This document shows, piece by piece, positions 25,363 to 38,400 of a stretch of DNA of 64,000 bases. Position 1 is the first letter of the stretch. Every line of letters starts with the position of its first letter. Below the pieces are notes generated by a model, which worked only from the letters and a program-made list of their open reading frames with translations, was not told where the DNA came from and searched no databases. Source of the stretch: Patellaria atrata CBS 101060 (Eukaryota); the NCBI GenBank assembly GCA_010093705.1, contig MU006104.1, positions 310,001 to 374,000 of the forward strand, given 5' to 3'. The position numbers and the translations under genes are program-made.

Positions 25363-27078
25363 CTACGCTTTTTTCTCTTTTTCTTCTTCCCTTTCGGCAT
25401 CCTTGGGGGTATCCTCATGAACTTCACCATCTAAGCCCACACCCTCCTTTGAAACTTCCTCGACAGCCTGCCCCTCTTCCTCCGCTTTTTTCATCTCCGC
25501 CTCAGCGCTCTGTGCTTCAGTTTGCTCCTCTTTCTCGTCAATATCAGCGTCATCCTTGACCTGACCTCTGCCCTGGCTTTCATTACCAGCATTTTGCGCC
25601 TTTTCCTCTTCGATCAGTTCTTGCTGCTCCTTGAGGACTTCCAGACGCTGCTTGTTCGTAGCTGCACCCTCAGCGGAGTGCACCTCAAGCTCAATCTCGT
25701 GGAAGAGTTCTTCAGGGATAGATGAAAGAACTGCTTGGAGTGCATCGATTTGGGTATTGAATTCAGACTCTTTGCCCTGCGCGTACATAAACGCATTCGA
25801 TAGCACTAGTAAAGTAGACGGCACACCATACTTTAGACGTAGTTCTAACCACTGTTGGAGATCATCCCTTAGGCGTCCGGGGCTTACGCCATGCGTTCGT
25901 AGTCCTCTACTTGCACATGCAGTTTGTAGTTCAGGCACGCTGAGCGACTCAACACCCTCATAACTGATGGCACGATCATCGCGCTTGATCTGTCGCATAC
26001 GATGTCTGATTTGGTAACGCAGAAGAGCGTCGGTACCAAAAGTGTTAAGATTCATGTAGCGGCAAATCCCGACAAGTTGCGGGCGGGAGAGGTTGTCTAA
26101 TGTAAGATCGTCTTTGAAGATCTTGCAGACTTTTATCACGTCTGCCTGAGAGGGCGATTCACCTGTTGTGCGAACTTTTCGGAAAAAGTTCGTGAATTCC
26201 TCTTTCTGCGCATTTGCAGCGCTTACCGGAAGACCGGTTTCTTTAAGAGTTTGGCGCAGGAAGCTACTAACTTCTTTCCTAGTCGCACGAAGTGTTGTTG
26301 CTTTCGATTCTTTTGACTTTGCACCTTCATAGGTACTGGGAAGAAGGTTAGGAAAGAGCTTAAGCGCAACCGGAAGAAGAAGTTCTGCAAATGGTACAAT
26401 AACAAAGGCGGAGAAGGGAATCAGACGGCCTATATCCTGAACTGTACGTTTAAGCTGTAAATATGGGAGTTAGTGTAAAGTATAACGTAATATCTAAAGT
26501 CCACCAACCTGTCTGTGTTCCCTTCTTGTCAATTCGTAACCAGCAGCCATTCGTAGTGCTAGCTTCGAACTGATTCGCACTTCCGTGGCCAATAGTTTCG
26601 TTCCGTCCCAGTAGTGATTTGCTTCTTTCTTGACCTTCTGCCAAATTGTAAGTTTTTTCTCTTCTTCCTTCTTTGCTACTTTCTTATCATCCGCTTTCGA
26701 CTCCGCTGCCGCTTTTTCAGCGGCGAGCTCAGTCAAAGTCTGAGCATCGGCCGCCTTTGTCTTCGGATGGAAAGTCGGGCCATCTTTCGGAATCTCAATT
26801 TCAAGAGACTTGAGTTCCTCTGCCCGTCTAGTTGCCTCCTTTTGCGCCGGTGTTTGCTGTTCTTTTGGCGGAAGGGGCTTCTTCGCCTGTTCTGCGTTGT
26901 AGCCTGGCGGAGGGAAGTTGCTCCCAGCACCAGAGGACGTAGAAGTATCCGTGGCTAGACCATGTCGTGGAATTAAGATGGCGATGGCAGGAATCTGGCC
27001 TCTAGGTAATGAGCGCGGAAGTCTTCGGAGGTCTTTGGATCCGCCCCTTAAGAGAAGGGGTGTTAATCTTGTAGACAT
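25363..27078 (-). CDS. MDM38: LETM1-family mitochondrial inner-membrane protein, 1 intron (~26508-26455)
   Basis: Basic presequence; KKEANHYWDGTKLL; GYELTRREHRQ|LKRTVQDIGRLIPFSAFVIVPFAELLLPVAL; LDNLSRPQLV; EELFHEIELEV; ATNKQRLEVLKEQQELIEEE. Confidence 0.95.
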
Positions 27079-27782
27079 GCTGAGACCAGCTCTAGCAGAC
27101 GAGTTGAATAGATGCGTCAGTGAGGAAGTGCTCGTTACTGAATATCGTATGTCACTATTCCGGTGTTACGGATTTTCATTGATGAAAGTTGGATGTTAGA
27201 CTTGACGTGGATGTACTTTCCCTAGGGGACATAAAGTTAGGAGGTATTGCTGACTTAGCTGTAATATATGCGTAGATCCCGTCAGCAGTCAGGAACGCCG
27301 AGAACAAGCATAAGTTACGCGTTTGGCGAAACCGGGGAGGACCGGGCTGGAACTGCATAAGCTCTCTTTTTGCCAGGATCGGGACCAATGAACTCCGGGC
27401 GCAGTCGGAGGATGCACATTAGCGCAAACCATCTTCCCATCATCGACATCACCCGTCACCTCAACAAAAGTGTGGGGATTTCCGACCGTGTCCGTGTCGG
27501 GAAGCCAACATTTGCTTCTTCATACAGTATCTCCATTCTCCTGTAGATCCTCCTCGCTCTTCTAACTACCTCCCGTTCTTTTGCCTGACTCCCTCTACCA
27601 TTGATTGTATTATAGACTGTAACAGACTTGGATTGTAGCTTTAACTATTGATCATGCATCTTCTTTAAGACAAGACCTCGAGTGACCACCCCGGGCACCT
27701 TCGGAAACCGTTCTACAACCTCCTTGACCTAGTATTTCACAGAACCTATTCTTGAGTAAAATTCGCAATAGCTAGAACAGTT

Positions 27783-28625
27783 ATGAGTCTTTCAAGAGCA
27801 GCTCGTCTCATCCTTATCGGAGCGCCCGGGGTAGGGAAAGGCACACAGACAGGGAGGTTGATGAAAAGATACCCTCAACTGGCTTCGATCAGTTCGGGAG
27901 ACCTTTTGCGCAATAACGTGCGGCATAGAACTCCCCTTGGTAAGGACCTCTAGAGCTTGCACCCCATTTTATAGCTCTAACATCACATTCTAGGCATACA
28001 AGCAGAATCCAGGATGAAAGCCGGCGCATTAGTTCCAGACGACATGATTCTACGCCTCATCCTGAACGAGCTTACCACACGAGGGTGGCTTAAATCAGAT
28101 ATTAAGCCCTATAGTTTGAATTCCGCGTCAATTTCTCTAGACTTTCAGAAAGGCGCAGATGATATCTTCTTCCCATCAATACCAACTCAAAATTACGAGT
28201 ACTCCGATGATCCATCTGCATCTTTCATCCTAGACGGATTTCCTAGGACTGCCGTACAAGCATCCAAAATTGATGAGCTAATTCCTATCAACTTCGTCGT
28301 AAATATCAGCACCCCAGCTGCCATCATTCTGGACCGTATTTGCAACCGATGGGTGCACGAACCTTCCGGCAGGATCTACAACACCACATTCAACGCACCT
28401 AAAGTAGACGGTAGGGATGATATTACGGGGGAACCTTTAACACGACGTGCAGATGATTGTCCCGAAACCTGGAAGGCACGTTTGAAAGCGTTTGAAGATA
28501 ATAGTATGCCCCTTCTAGAGCACTACGACAAAATGGGCGTATTATGGACTGTCGAGGGGAATAGCAGCGATGAGATCACTCCAAAGCTTTTCAGCGAATT
28601 CGAGAGGAGATTTGGAGCTCGATAG
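27783..28625 (+). CDS. ADK2: Mitochondrial GTP:AMP phosphotransferase / adenylate kinase (AK3 type), 1 intron
   Basis: P-loop LIGAPGVGKGTQ, ISSGDLLR, LVPDD, FILDGFPRT, LID domain RWVHEPSGRIYN, GEPLTRRADD. Confidence 0.92.
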
Positions 28626-29009
28626 AACAGTATCCCGGCTCTCACGGACCATGAACTAGCAAGGAGTAGGGGGAGTTTTGCGTTGACCATTATCATTACT
28701 TTTCGTGTATATGCTTTTCCCTGTTCATAATATTCATCTGCATTGGATACCCAACATTAAGACTTGGGACGGAGGATATATATAAATGATTCAGGAATTA
28801 TGTCATCAAGGGAGACAATTTATCACAAAGTTCAAAGACAATACTCGTGACAGTGATAATACATACATTGAGCATTTCCGTCTCGAAAATGCCAAGCATC
28901 GTCGTCATTGGGCGCTTGATCAATGCTTCAACTACACCTCTCCGCTCCGCCCGTCTCCAAAATAGGCATCTTTTGATGCTTTCAAACAACACAACTACTC
29001 TAGCAAATC

Positions 29010-30387
29010 ATGGAGACTTTAGCAAATCCCCAAGATTTTGGCGACGGGCGGTTAGAATGTACCGTTGATAGTCCCATGAAGGAGAATGAAGGGACAAAGG
29101 ACGCCTACATTTCCTATTTGGTAACCACAGAGGTAGGTATCTCGAGCTTCCGTATCCCTCTACAATCTTCATGTGCCGGCTATATAATCAAAAAGTTAAC
29201 TGAGTCCGTATCATGCTAATCAATACCTTAAATAGACGGACTTCAAGACGTTTGCCCGCCCCAAAACATCCGTTCGACGCCGCTTCACCGATTTCGTCTT
29301 CCTCTACAAAACCCTCACACGAGAATACCCCGCGGTAGCTGTACCTCCCCTCCCCGATAAATACAGCATGGACTCGTATGTTCGAGGCCAGCGATTCGAC
29401 ACAGACTTCACACAACGACGAGCCCATTCGCTCCACCGGTTCCTCAAGCGGTTAACCCTCCACCCGGTACTCCGTCGCGCGGCTCTCCTCCTCGTATTCT
29501 TAGAAAGCAGCGACTGGAACATGACGATGAAGTCACGCGCACATAGAGTAAGCAGTCTGTCCGAGTCCCCCGGCGCGACCGGAACCAGCGGTGGAGTCCT
29601 CGACACTTTGACCGACACCTTCCTCAACGCCTTCTCAAAGGTGCATAAGCCCGACAAGCGCTTTCTGGAAGTACGGGATCGAGCCAATAAACTCATCGAT
29701 GACCTCCTACTCGTCGAGAAAGTCGTCGCGCGGGTGTCCCGGCGGCAATCAGACCTCGAATCGGACTTGTCCGACCTCTCCGTGCAGTTCCAAAAGCTCG
29801 TTACTTTAGAACCCGCTATAGAGTCCTCCCTAACTGCTTTTGCGGCGTCTGTGGATTCAACGGCACATGGATATAGGTGCCTTCGCGACGCTACAGATCA
29901 AGACTATCTCACTTCTCTCAAGGACATGGGAGCTTACACCACCTCTTTCGGCACCCTCCTCAAGACCCGCGAGCAAAAACAGCTCGATTTTGAGGCACTA
30001 ACAGACTACCTTGCCCGTGCCGCCTCCGACCGTGATAGTCTCGCATCCTCACACGGCGCCGGTCTCGGGGCGTCGGGGTTCCTGCGGCAGAAGATCGAAG
30101 ACGTGCGCGGCGTCGATCATGAGCAGAGCCGGCGCGATCGGGTCCGGAAGCTGGAATTACAGATTGAAAGACTAACAGCGGAAGTAGAAAGCGCGAAGAA
30201 GACTTCTGAGGCATTCGATGAGCAGGTCGTTAAGGAATTCTCAGACTTTGAGAGAATCAAAGCGGCAGAGTTAAGATCTACCAAGAGTAAACTCGCAGAA
30301 GAGCATAAAAAATTCTTTGAGAACGTGGTGGAGATATGGGAGGGGTATTTGAGAGATATGGGGAGGGACGGGGTGGATATCTCATAG
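29010..30387 (+). CDS. SNX4: Sorting nexin 4 / Atg24 (PX-BAR), 1 intron
   Basis: GTKDAYISYLVTT; VRRRFTDFVFLY; AVPPLPDK; RLTLHPVLRR; NAFSKVHKPDKRF; REQKQLDFEALTDYL; KIEDVRGVDHEQSRR. Confidence 0.93.
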
Positions 30388-31214
30388 AGTCGATCGAGTT
30401 GATGAAAGGGTATTGGCCGGGAAGCTGGCCGTTAGCGCTTCACACATGTGTATCTGTACTAAAGAGCTAAATTGCTCCGGACGGCGTTTTGTCGGAGTAA
30501 GCATGTATCATGATAAGATCAAGACCCGCGAGCGAAATATCTCATTCTCAAACAACGAAGCAGGTCCGACCGCAATGACTAATTACGGCTCGTTGGACGT
30601 TTATGATTGAGAGAAGGGGATAGAATAACCTTTCAAGTTTCCAATCCGAGATGAGAGCGAGTATAGCTCATGGTTAAGTTCGTACTATAGGAAAGGGATA
30701 AGTAAGGTACCTACCGCCTTTGTAATCTGCTCTTAGCTCGCCGAGGAACTTGTGTTTATTTCGCTTTCGAAAATTTTATTTCTTTTTGCTGTTAAATCCT
30801 TTCATTTTATGAGATTCACTTTCGAATTTGTTGTTTCCAAAGATTGCGGTTCATGGTTGACTTTACTCAACAATAGGGCTTGTGGATGTATGACCTCATG
30901 TTAAACATCTCTTACTTCTGTAGCTTGCAATACTGTATGCATGAAGTACATGCCGTGGGACTAGATGCACAGTTATCGTTCTATTATTTGCCGTCTATAG
31001 TCAACCATACTCTATATCCACCCTTAATATTCATACACAAAAGCAACCAAGGGGACAGCAACTGTGTTTCTAACATCTACCTCCTCATACATAACCTAAA
31101 GGAATTATATGTATATCTATACATGTATGTATTGCGTTTACGTCCTCGTGTTTCAATCTCAAGTCGACACCGCTCAATATCTGTTCCCGCAGCATAACTC
31201 TTCTCGTTGATATC

Positions 31215-32467
31215 TTAGTTGCCGTCTTTTTTCCTCCTCAAACTTCCCCACCTCTTTCTAAGACCGTCTACTTTCCTCCCTGTCGTGTTACTACGTCCGA
31301 TACCATCGACCCTGCTACTAACAGGCTCTTCGTCGGCGTGCGAAGTAGACTTGCCGTGAGAACGCGTTGTCATTTCGATACCATCATCTGCATTGAAAGA
31401 TCGACGTCGGTGCTTATCTTGTTTGAGCGCACGATCAATAGTAAAAAATGGTTCCCCTTTACCCTTTAGGTCATCAGGGTGGTATTCCTACAGATCATTA
31501 GGACCGGGTATGATAAAAAAAAATTGACAAGGGAGCCTACTATATCAGACCAACGCTTGTAGTCGCTACCAATGACATTGTCTTCTTCATACTTGAAACG
31601 TTTGCCAGATAGGCCAGATTGTCCCGACGGAACAGTTGCTGTACCGTCGAGAGGTCGATGACGAGTGACCGCATCCAATATATTTTCCGGGGGGGTAGCT
31701 TCCAATGCCTCCCTATTGGAATTAGCAACGGCGGCTACAGGTGAGCTCTCAACGAATCTGTTTCTAGCTGAAAGGACCGCATCGTACGGCCCTTCATGAT
31801 GATAATTGCCTGTATCGTCAAGCTTGTCAATTGTATCAGCACCGGGAATATGGTGTTTTTTTAGGTGTGGACTGCGATATGCTTTTTTGCTCTCACGACG
31901 AATAATATCGAGAGGTTTATGGGACTTATCGCCAGGGAATCTCTCTCCTAGAGAGCTAGTACGTGGGCGGTGACCCCTTCCCGCGGTAGGAGAGCGAGGC
32001 TGGTCAACGGAACGGCGTTCTCGTGGCTGACCATCATCAAAAGAAGAAAAAGCCTCCTCTCGATAGCTGGGGAATTGGTTCCGGCGAGGACTTGCGGATG
32101 TAGGCGGAGAAGGGTATCCACTATCCCCCATGCTTTTTTGTTTCACATGGGAGGGACTTCCTTGAGGGGATGCTTCCGTGGAACGGCGGAAGGGGTTGGT
32201 ACTACTGCGAGAGCTTCCAGTAACTTGTTGCGGAAGCTTGGATGGTGTTTGCTTCTTGGAAGCCAGGGAGTCGGGGAGATTCGAAAAGCTGTCGGCGGGT
32301 TGAGCAGCGAAGGTAGAACGAAAATGAGCCCCCGGCCCTGTCTCGTCACTGGGATCAGGAGCGTAAAGGGGATCAATCAAGTGTTTCTGCGCCTGTTGAG
32401 AGATGAGATGGTTTCTAGATAGCTGAAAATAGTAGAATGCGCTTACCCAGTCCTTATCAGCGGCCAT
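31215..32467 (-). CDS. PAL1: Pal1-family cell morphology protein, 2 introns
   Basis: MAADKDW|AQKHLIDPL; SSTNPFRR; ERFPGDKSHKPLD; GADTIDKLD...YHHEGPYDA...RN; YHPDDLKGKGEP; LRKRWGSLRRKKDGN*. Confidence 0.88.
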
Positions 32468-32938
32468 TGCGATGTTGAGAAGCTCGATATAGGTCAATTT
32501 TTAGTTATAGCTTCGAAAAAAGGGTGAAATTCAGTCGTCTGGACTGTTTCGGGTTGTATATATAGAGTAAAGTGAATTGGGATGGAAGATGAAGTGAGAT
32601 ATTTCGAATTGAGAGGGAGTAGGTAAGATAGAGCTTCAGGTGACGCGTGTCACAGCAGCTGGATTCCGGCTGTTCCTGACGATTTCCTGTCTTTTGACTC
32701 TTAGGTCTGTGGGTTACATCATTGGCTCTTGGCAGCGAACGGCTGGAGCTACTTGGTCCGCGTCTCAATTTAGAAGCAACGGCTGGCCCAAGCTTCATGC
32801 ATACGGAATTGGCAGGGACGCTACGAACACGTGATGCTAGACTAAACATAACCTTAAAAGAAGTTTAAATCAATGTACATTTTGGAAAAGAACCTCCAAT
32901 AGGTTCGCTAGCTTTCTAACTTGATATATTTCGGCAAA

Positions 32939-34032
32939 ATGGGTCTGGTAGACTATTCGGATTCAGAAGATGACATCACGCAGAAGCCATTGAAAAGGAA
33001 ACGCGAGCTAAAAGACGATATCTCTGCTGAATTACCTCCGTTACCTGCTAGCTTCCTAGACTTATACTCAACAGCTACTCGGGTGAGCACAAATGATGAT
33101 CCAACCTTACACGGAGGAAGAAAGCGCGCGATTCCACATGTTGAAGGCAATTGGGCTACTCATCTCTATCTGGAGTGTAAGTGATTTGTCTACCATCTTA
33201 GTTGGACCTCGATTAGACCTCAATTGTATCGGTTTAGAGGTTCTCCTGTAAAAAGCATATTAAAGGGTATTGAGATTGGTCCTTGAGGACGAAAGATTAA
33301 CATGTTCGAGGGCATCCAACAGAAACGGAATCATCGATTTTAACCAACCTTATCAAAGCCGTCCAAATGTTTCAGTCAGAATCTGTAAAGATAAAAGATA
33401 CCATAGAAAGGGGCCAGATCCACTCTCTACTTCAAAATGACCTAGGGATCCAGACACCCCTTCACATATCGCTTTCTGTACCCTTAGTCCTTCAAACTCA
33501 TCAAAAGGACAACTTTCTGTCTTCTATAACATCAGCCTTAAAGCAAAGTTCTGTCAGACCTTTCGAAATTCAGTTTACCAAGTTCAAATGGGTCTCTAAC
33601 TTTGATCGCACGCGTTGGTTCCTTGTTCTGGGCGTACAGAAGCCAGCAAATGACGAGCTAAATCGATTGCTGAAAGCATGCAATAAGGTTGCTAGGTCAT
33701 TCAACCAGCCTGAGCTGTATAATTCAGCCAGTCCGGAGACAATGCTTGTGGGCAGGAAAAGTAAGAAATCACGTGCCAAGGAAGAACAGAGGCCCCTAAC
33801 CACCGAGGATGACCTTGATCGCACGGAGGCTTTCCATGTCAGTCTAGCGTGGAGCTTGCACGGTGATAGATTAACCCAAATCCAGCTTGATGATATTCTA
33901 GCAAAGATGGAATCTGCGCCAGAAGATATCAATGTACGATTTAGAGCTGTTAAGGTCAAGATCGGGAATGCTATCAGTAACGTAGAGCTATCGAGCAAAG
34001 TGGTAGACCGCTCGAAAGGAATTCTTGGATAG
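32939..34032 (+). CDS. USB1: U6 snRNA 3' phosphodiesterase (2H phosphoesterase), intron 33177-33310
   Basis: [48 protein letters not shown]; two HxS motifs (LHISLS, FHVSLAW); VKVKIGN. Confidence 0.93.
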
Positions 34033-35450
34033 CGTTGCACAAGGATCGCTCGGCCACAATATGAAAAGGAAAATCAGACATTCTTTAGTTTGAGATCAGA
34101 GCATAGCCTCAATTCTCCATGCCGTAACATTGATTGTGATATACAATTATCCGCAAGCAAATGACTCGCTTGAGTATGTATAGGTGCGTAAGAGTTATTC
34201 GAAGAGGAACTTTAATCAGGGGATACTTCAAGCTTTGGCCAAAATGTCGACCGTTAACCTTTAACCTCCTTTGAGATCCGAAGAATGCAGCATGCTACAG
34301 ATTCATACCGTTCATCTGGGATCATTTACTCCAAGTAATGAAAGTATGAGAAGGTGGGCTTTGAGGTACTAAGGTAATATTTACTCCTTAGTCTACCTCA
34401 TATTCCTCTTCGTGAGTCTGCCGGATCAAATTGGGTATTTGTATCATACGGTGGTTGCTCCGGCTTCAAGCAGTTTAGGACCGGCTTCTCGGTAAATGGA
34501 ATTTGTAACTTAGAACCGGTTTCAAACTAAATGTTCCGCTTAGTTGTTAAAGCAAGAGACACAGATTTTCCGATTCCTAATTCAAGAGTTCCAGGGCGAG
34601 TGAGTAGTGCTCCTAATCGTTCCCAAGTATTCAAAGCTGAACACCCGCACTTTATTCCGTCATCATCCTCCACTTATCAAATCGCTGGTTTATCATTGTC
34701 CCTTCCCATCAGATTATTTCCGGACATTAAGGGTCTTCGCGAGGCTGAAATAGTGAATCAAAGGCACTTGAAAGGTGTGACACTAATTTTTGATTGATTT
34801 GCCTTCCTAGTTTTCCTTCTATGTTAAAGGGTGATACTCCTTCCCCACCGTCATCTATTATCGAAATTTTGTGTAATTCCATGAATACTATTCGCTCCAA
34901 GCGGTGTGCAATGTGATAATTCAAATTTATATATTATATGAGCTTTAAGACACTAGCTTCGCGAACCGGGCGGGTTTCGATTTGTAAATCGGGATTGATT
35001 TCGTAAAGCTATTTAAAAACTCTTTTGTTCTAGTGGTGTTCAATTAAGAGATGATGCTCGAATCAATTGACTCTTCCATACTGTTCATGATCTACGTATA
35101 GAACCTCATGTAACTACGAATCTCATCCTCGATCATGTATCTTTCTAATTAACATATGCTTGTATAAATTGCGCTTCGTGAAGATAAAGACGGAAGGTTG
35201 AAGGTCCAGTAGTACTTGTTTTCCACGACGGTTTGTCTCTATAACATCAGAGCATACTCGAAACAAGTAACTTAGAAGTATTAAGAAAAGAACCTTTGAA
35301 AAGATACTCATTCACTTCCCATAGCATACTACTCCAATTGCCCACTATTAAGATACAGTAAGCCTAAGATGGCAACTTTAACGGCCCTCTCACCCAAACC
35401 AACAACCCTTGAGAATCTCGGCCACCGCATAACTTACTAAACGTACAGAG

Positions 35451-38400
35451 TTAGAGATACCCTAACCCACCACCACCTATATATTCCAAATCACTCCTCC
35501 AGACCCACTCCTCCGCACCCACCTTCGCACACGCCTCCGCGCGCCTCTGACTTCCCAACTCACACCATCTCCTTAGCAGACCGCCATCCACGATGCCCCT
35601 GCTTCCAAACCCTTCACTCTCTACCGCACGGTACTCTCTGGGATTCAGGCCACAGGGATGGTCCAGCGCGTTCTGCAAATGCGCTTGCATAGCCGCGAGG
35701 CGTCTGTACATCTGCTCCTCGACGGGCGTAAGAAGCGAAAGCGCGCCGGATTGCGAAGTGATAAGGATGTGATTCAGTTGGGCTTGAGGTGGTGGAGTAT
35801 CAAGGACCATGGGGTCGGCGGTGTTGTCGAGAGAGGTAATGGACGGGGAAAGGGTCGAAGGGAGCAGTGTCATGGTTGTGGGGAAGTGGCCGGTGTGGAA
35901 GGTGGATTTATGGAGCAGACGTTGACCGCCAACTGATTCGGGATCTGTAAGTTATTAGATGAGAGTTTCTAGATGACTAAGGGAAAGTGATACGCACGTT
36001 CTGGGTTGTATTGTAGGACGTGGATATCACCTTCAGCATCGCCAACAACGAGGTAGAGTTGTTTGTTGTGAGGGAGTAGCTCCGCGGTTATGACTTCCAT
36101 GCCGGGTCTGCCTTTGCCGAAGAGAATCATTTTGTACGGCTCTTCCTAGACGGAAATCAGCTTTTGTTCCACCCGTCCGTGCATACCTTGGAGCTTACCG
36201 TGTAGCCCGTGAACCAAACACCCTTTTGAGCATCAGCCATAAGAACTAAGCCCGTTCCTTTCAGCGCCTTCAATACCGTGACATAGCATTGCATGTCCAT
36301 GAAAGCAACAGGTAGTAAAGTCCTGTCTTCTTTGAGACCGCGTACCATGCACTTTTGGCCTTGTGCTGCGAGTAAAAACCCCTGGCTTCCAATCTCGGAT
36401 AATGCTGTAACAGCACCCTTTACCTCTTCTTTAACCACAAGTTTAAGTTTCCGATTCGTTTCTGGACGGTCGGGCTGTGGCACGACATTGATCACTTCGA
36501 AGACATAGATGGATCCTCGAGCTGCTAGGTCTTCACCCCGAATAAGGGCTGTACCGACAGCAATAAGCGGTTTGCGTTGATGCGTCTCTTCTGAAACCTC
36601 GAGATCTAGTGTCTTTATGCAGAGGATCGCTTCAGTCGGTTCAAGCTCATATCTATGTCACGACAATTAATGATTGTTAACACGCATAAAGGAAGGATAG
36701 ATTTACGTATCAATCAAGGTCCAGTTATTGGGTTCGAGTAGTTTCACAACGCCGCGTTCGAGCTTTGGTTTGAAGTCAATCTCTAGTCAAGCTATTAGTT
36801 CGTGGCATGGAGATGAACTGAACATAGCAATACCTTCTTTGCTCCACTCATGGTGATAATCATCTTCTGGAAGCTTGAAATCTGTTTTAATACTGGTTCC
36901 TAATACGTAAAGATCTTTGGGAGGATAGTAGCAGAGACCAGTAATATCTTGTCCTATAGGTATTTTCCGAGCTGCCAAACCCAATTCTCCGTATTTAAAG
37001 CCTGAATGCAACTGACATATTCGAAGCACACCCTGATACAAAAGTTAGTCCCGCTTTGCATTACAATAGGTGTACTTCATACCTCAGCATCAAGATAAAT
37101 GTAACCACTACGGCACTCCATTGTGTTGAAACTAGAGAAGCTCTGGACAGAGTTTCCCTTGAGATTCAATACTCTAGGAGAGCTGGAAGATTCTTTCAAG
37201 ATGAAGCTCGGCGAGCCTCCCGCTAGGAAAACGGTACTATAGCCACCAATATTGGTAAATGGCTTCAGGGCCGCTTGCGCACTAAATTGTTCGGAGTCTT
37301 CCGCATATTTGGCGACACGTGGTTGATCCTGCTTGATCCAGCGCAGATTCTTCGTAAAATTTTGCGATGGTTCTCGGACAGGATGATGGTATGGTTTGTA
37401 GATGGAGAGATCATCAGTAGCGTTTCGGACTATTAGGTAAGGGTGTTTAGACACAGAATTTCCCAAGTCAGCCATGAGAATTTCGGTTAAGGTTGCTTTT
37501 CCTATTGAACGACGGGGAATATATTCAGAGGTCAGAACAGGGGGCAGGAACCCAAGACCATTTGCAATATAGGTAGCTCGAACAAGGTTCGGGAGCTCGA
37601 ATACCTAAACATAAATCTCTATTAGTATTATCTCGAAGAGAGTAAATTCTGGTAAAAGATACATACATGTAAGCCACCTTCAGCGTTCAGGAGTAGGGCA
37701 ATCGCTTTGTTGTTTGTCCAAGGCGAGCTGTAAATATTTCCAGAGATCCATTTTGTGTTTGTGATGCCGTCTCCTTTATCTACTTCTTCGATTTCTCCCT
37801 TGTCATCAACTTGGAGAATGATCACACTAGAGTCGTCCCGTAAAACTAAGAGGTAAGGGTCTGAAAAGCTGACACTGACAATCTTGAGTTCAACATCCGT
37901 AGCTTCGTCCTCCATCGGAAGAATTTGCGAAAGGCCGAGTTCTGATTCCCATTCAATTAGTTATTTGTCGGGTTTGATTTATGAGGATGGGACGCATTTT
38001 GGACACACTGGAGCAATCATAGCAATAAAGTTCGAAAAAAGGCATATATTACTCTAATTCAATAGTTATGAAACACTTAATACAATAACCTGTAGATTGG
38101 AATGAAAAAGAGCATAAAGAGCAGATAGATAGACTTACCAGTGTCATAGCTCCTGATTTCATTTTTGAGAACTTGGATAATACGTGTCCCCTTGCAGAGC
38201 GTACCCACATCGATAGTCGCTCCAGCATCTGATTCGAACTCACCTGTATCACGCTCTTCGAAGTTTATCCCCGAGACTGAGTAGATGGCCGATTCTTCAT
38301 TACCAGAACTATTTGATCGAGAAATGATAACTAAACGGTCCTCGTCAAGATCTGGTGCAAGGCCAGCATCAAATACATCTTTATCAAGTCCTTTGTCTTT

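Noticed and set aside
30657..30742. tRNA-like start (GCGAGTA TAGCTCA TGGTT) with a complementary ...CTCGCC end
   Set aside because: No TTCRA T-loop or convincing anticodon arm; at best a relic. tRNAscan-SE would decide.
32393..32446. In-frame, stop-free 54-nt first intron of PAL1, read through in the ORF track
   Set aside because: Canonical GTAAGC...CAG intron; 3n length is common by chance.
34400..34660. Partly open minus-strand frame in the USB1-CFT1 gap
   Set aside because: Contains a stop and no recognisable motif; a pseudogene call cannot be supported.
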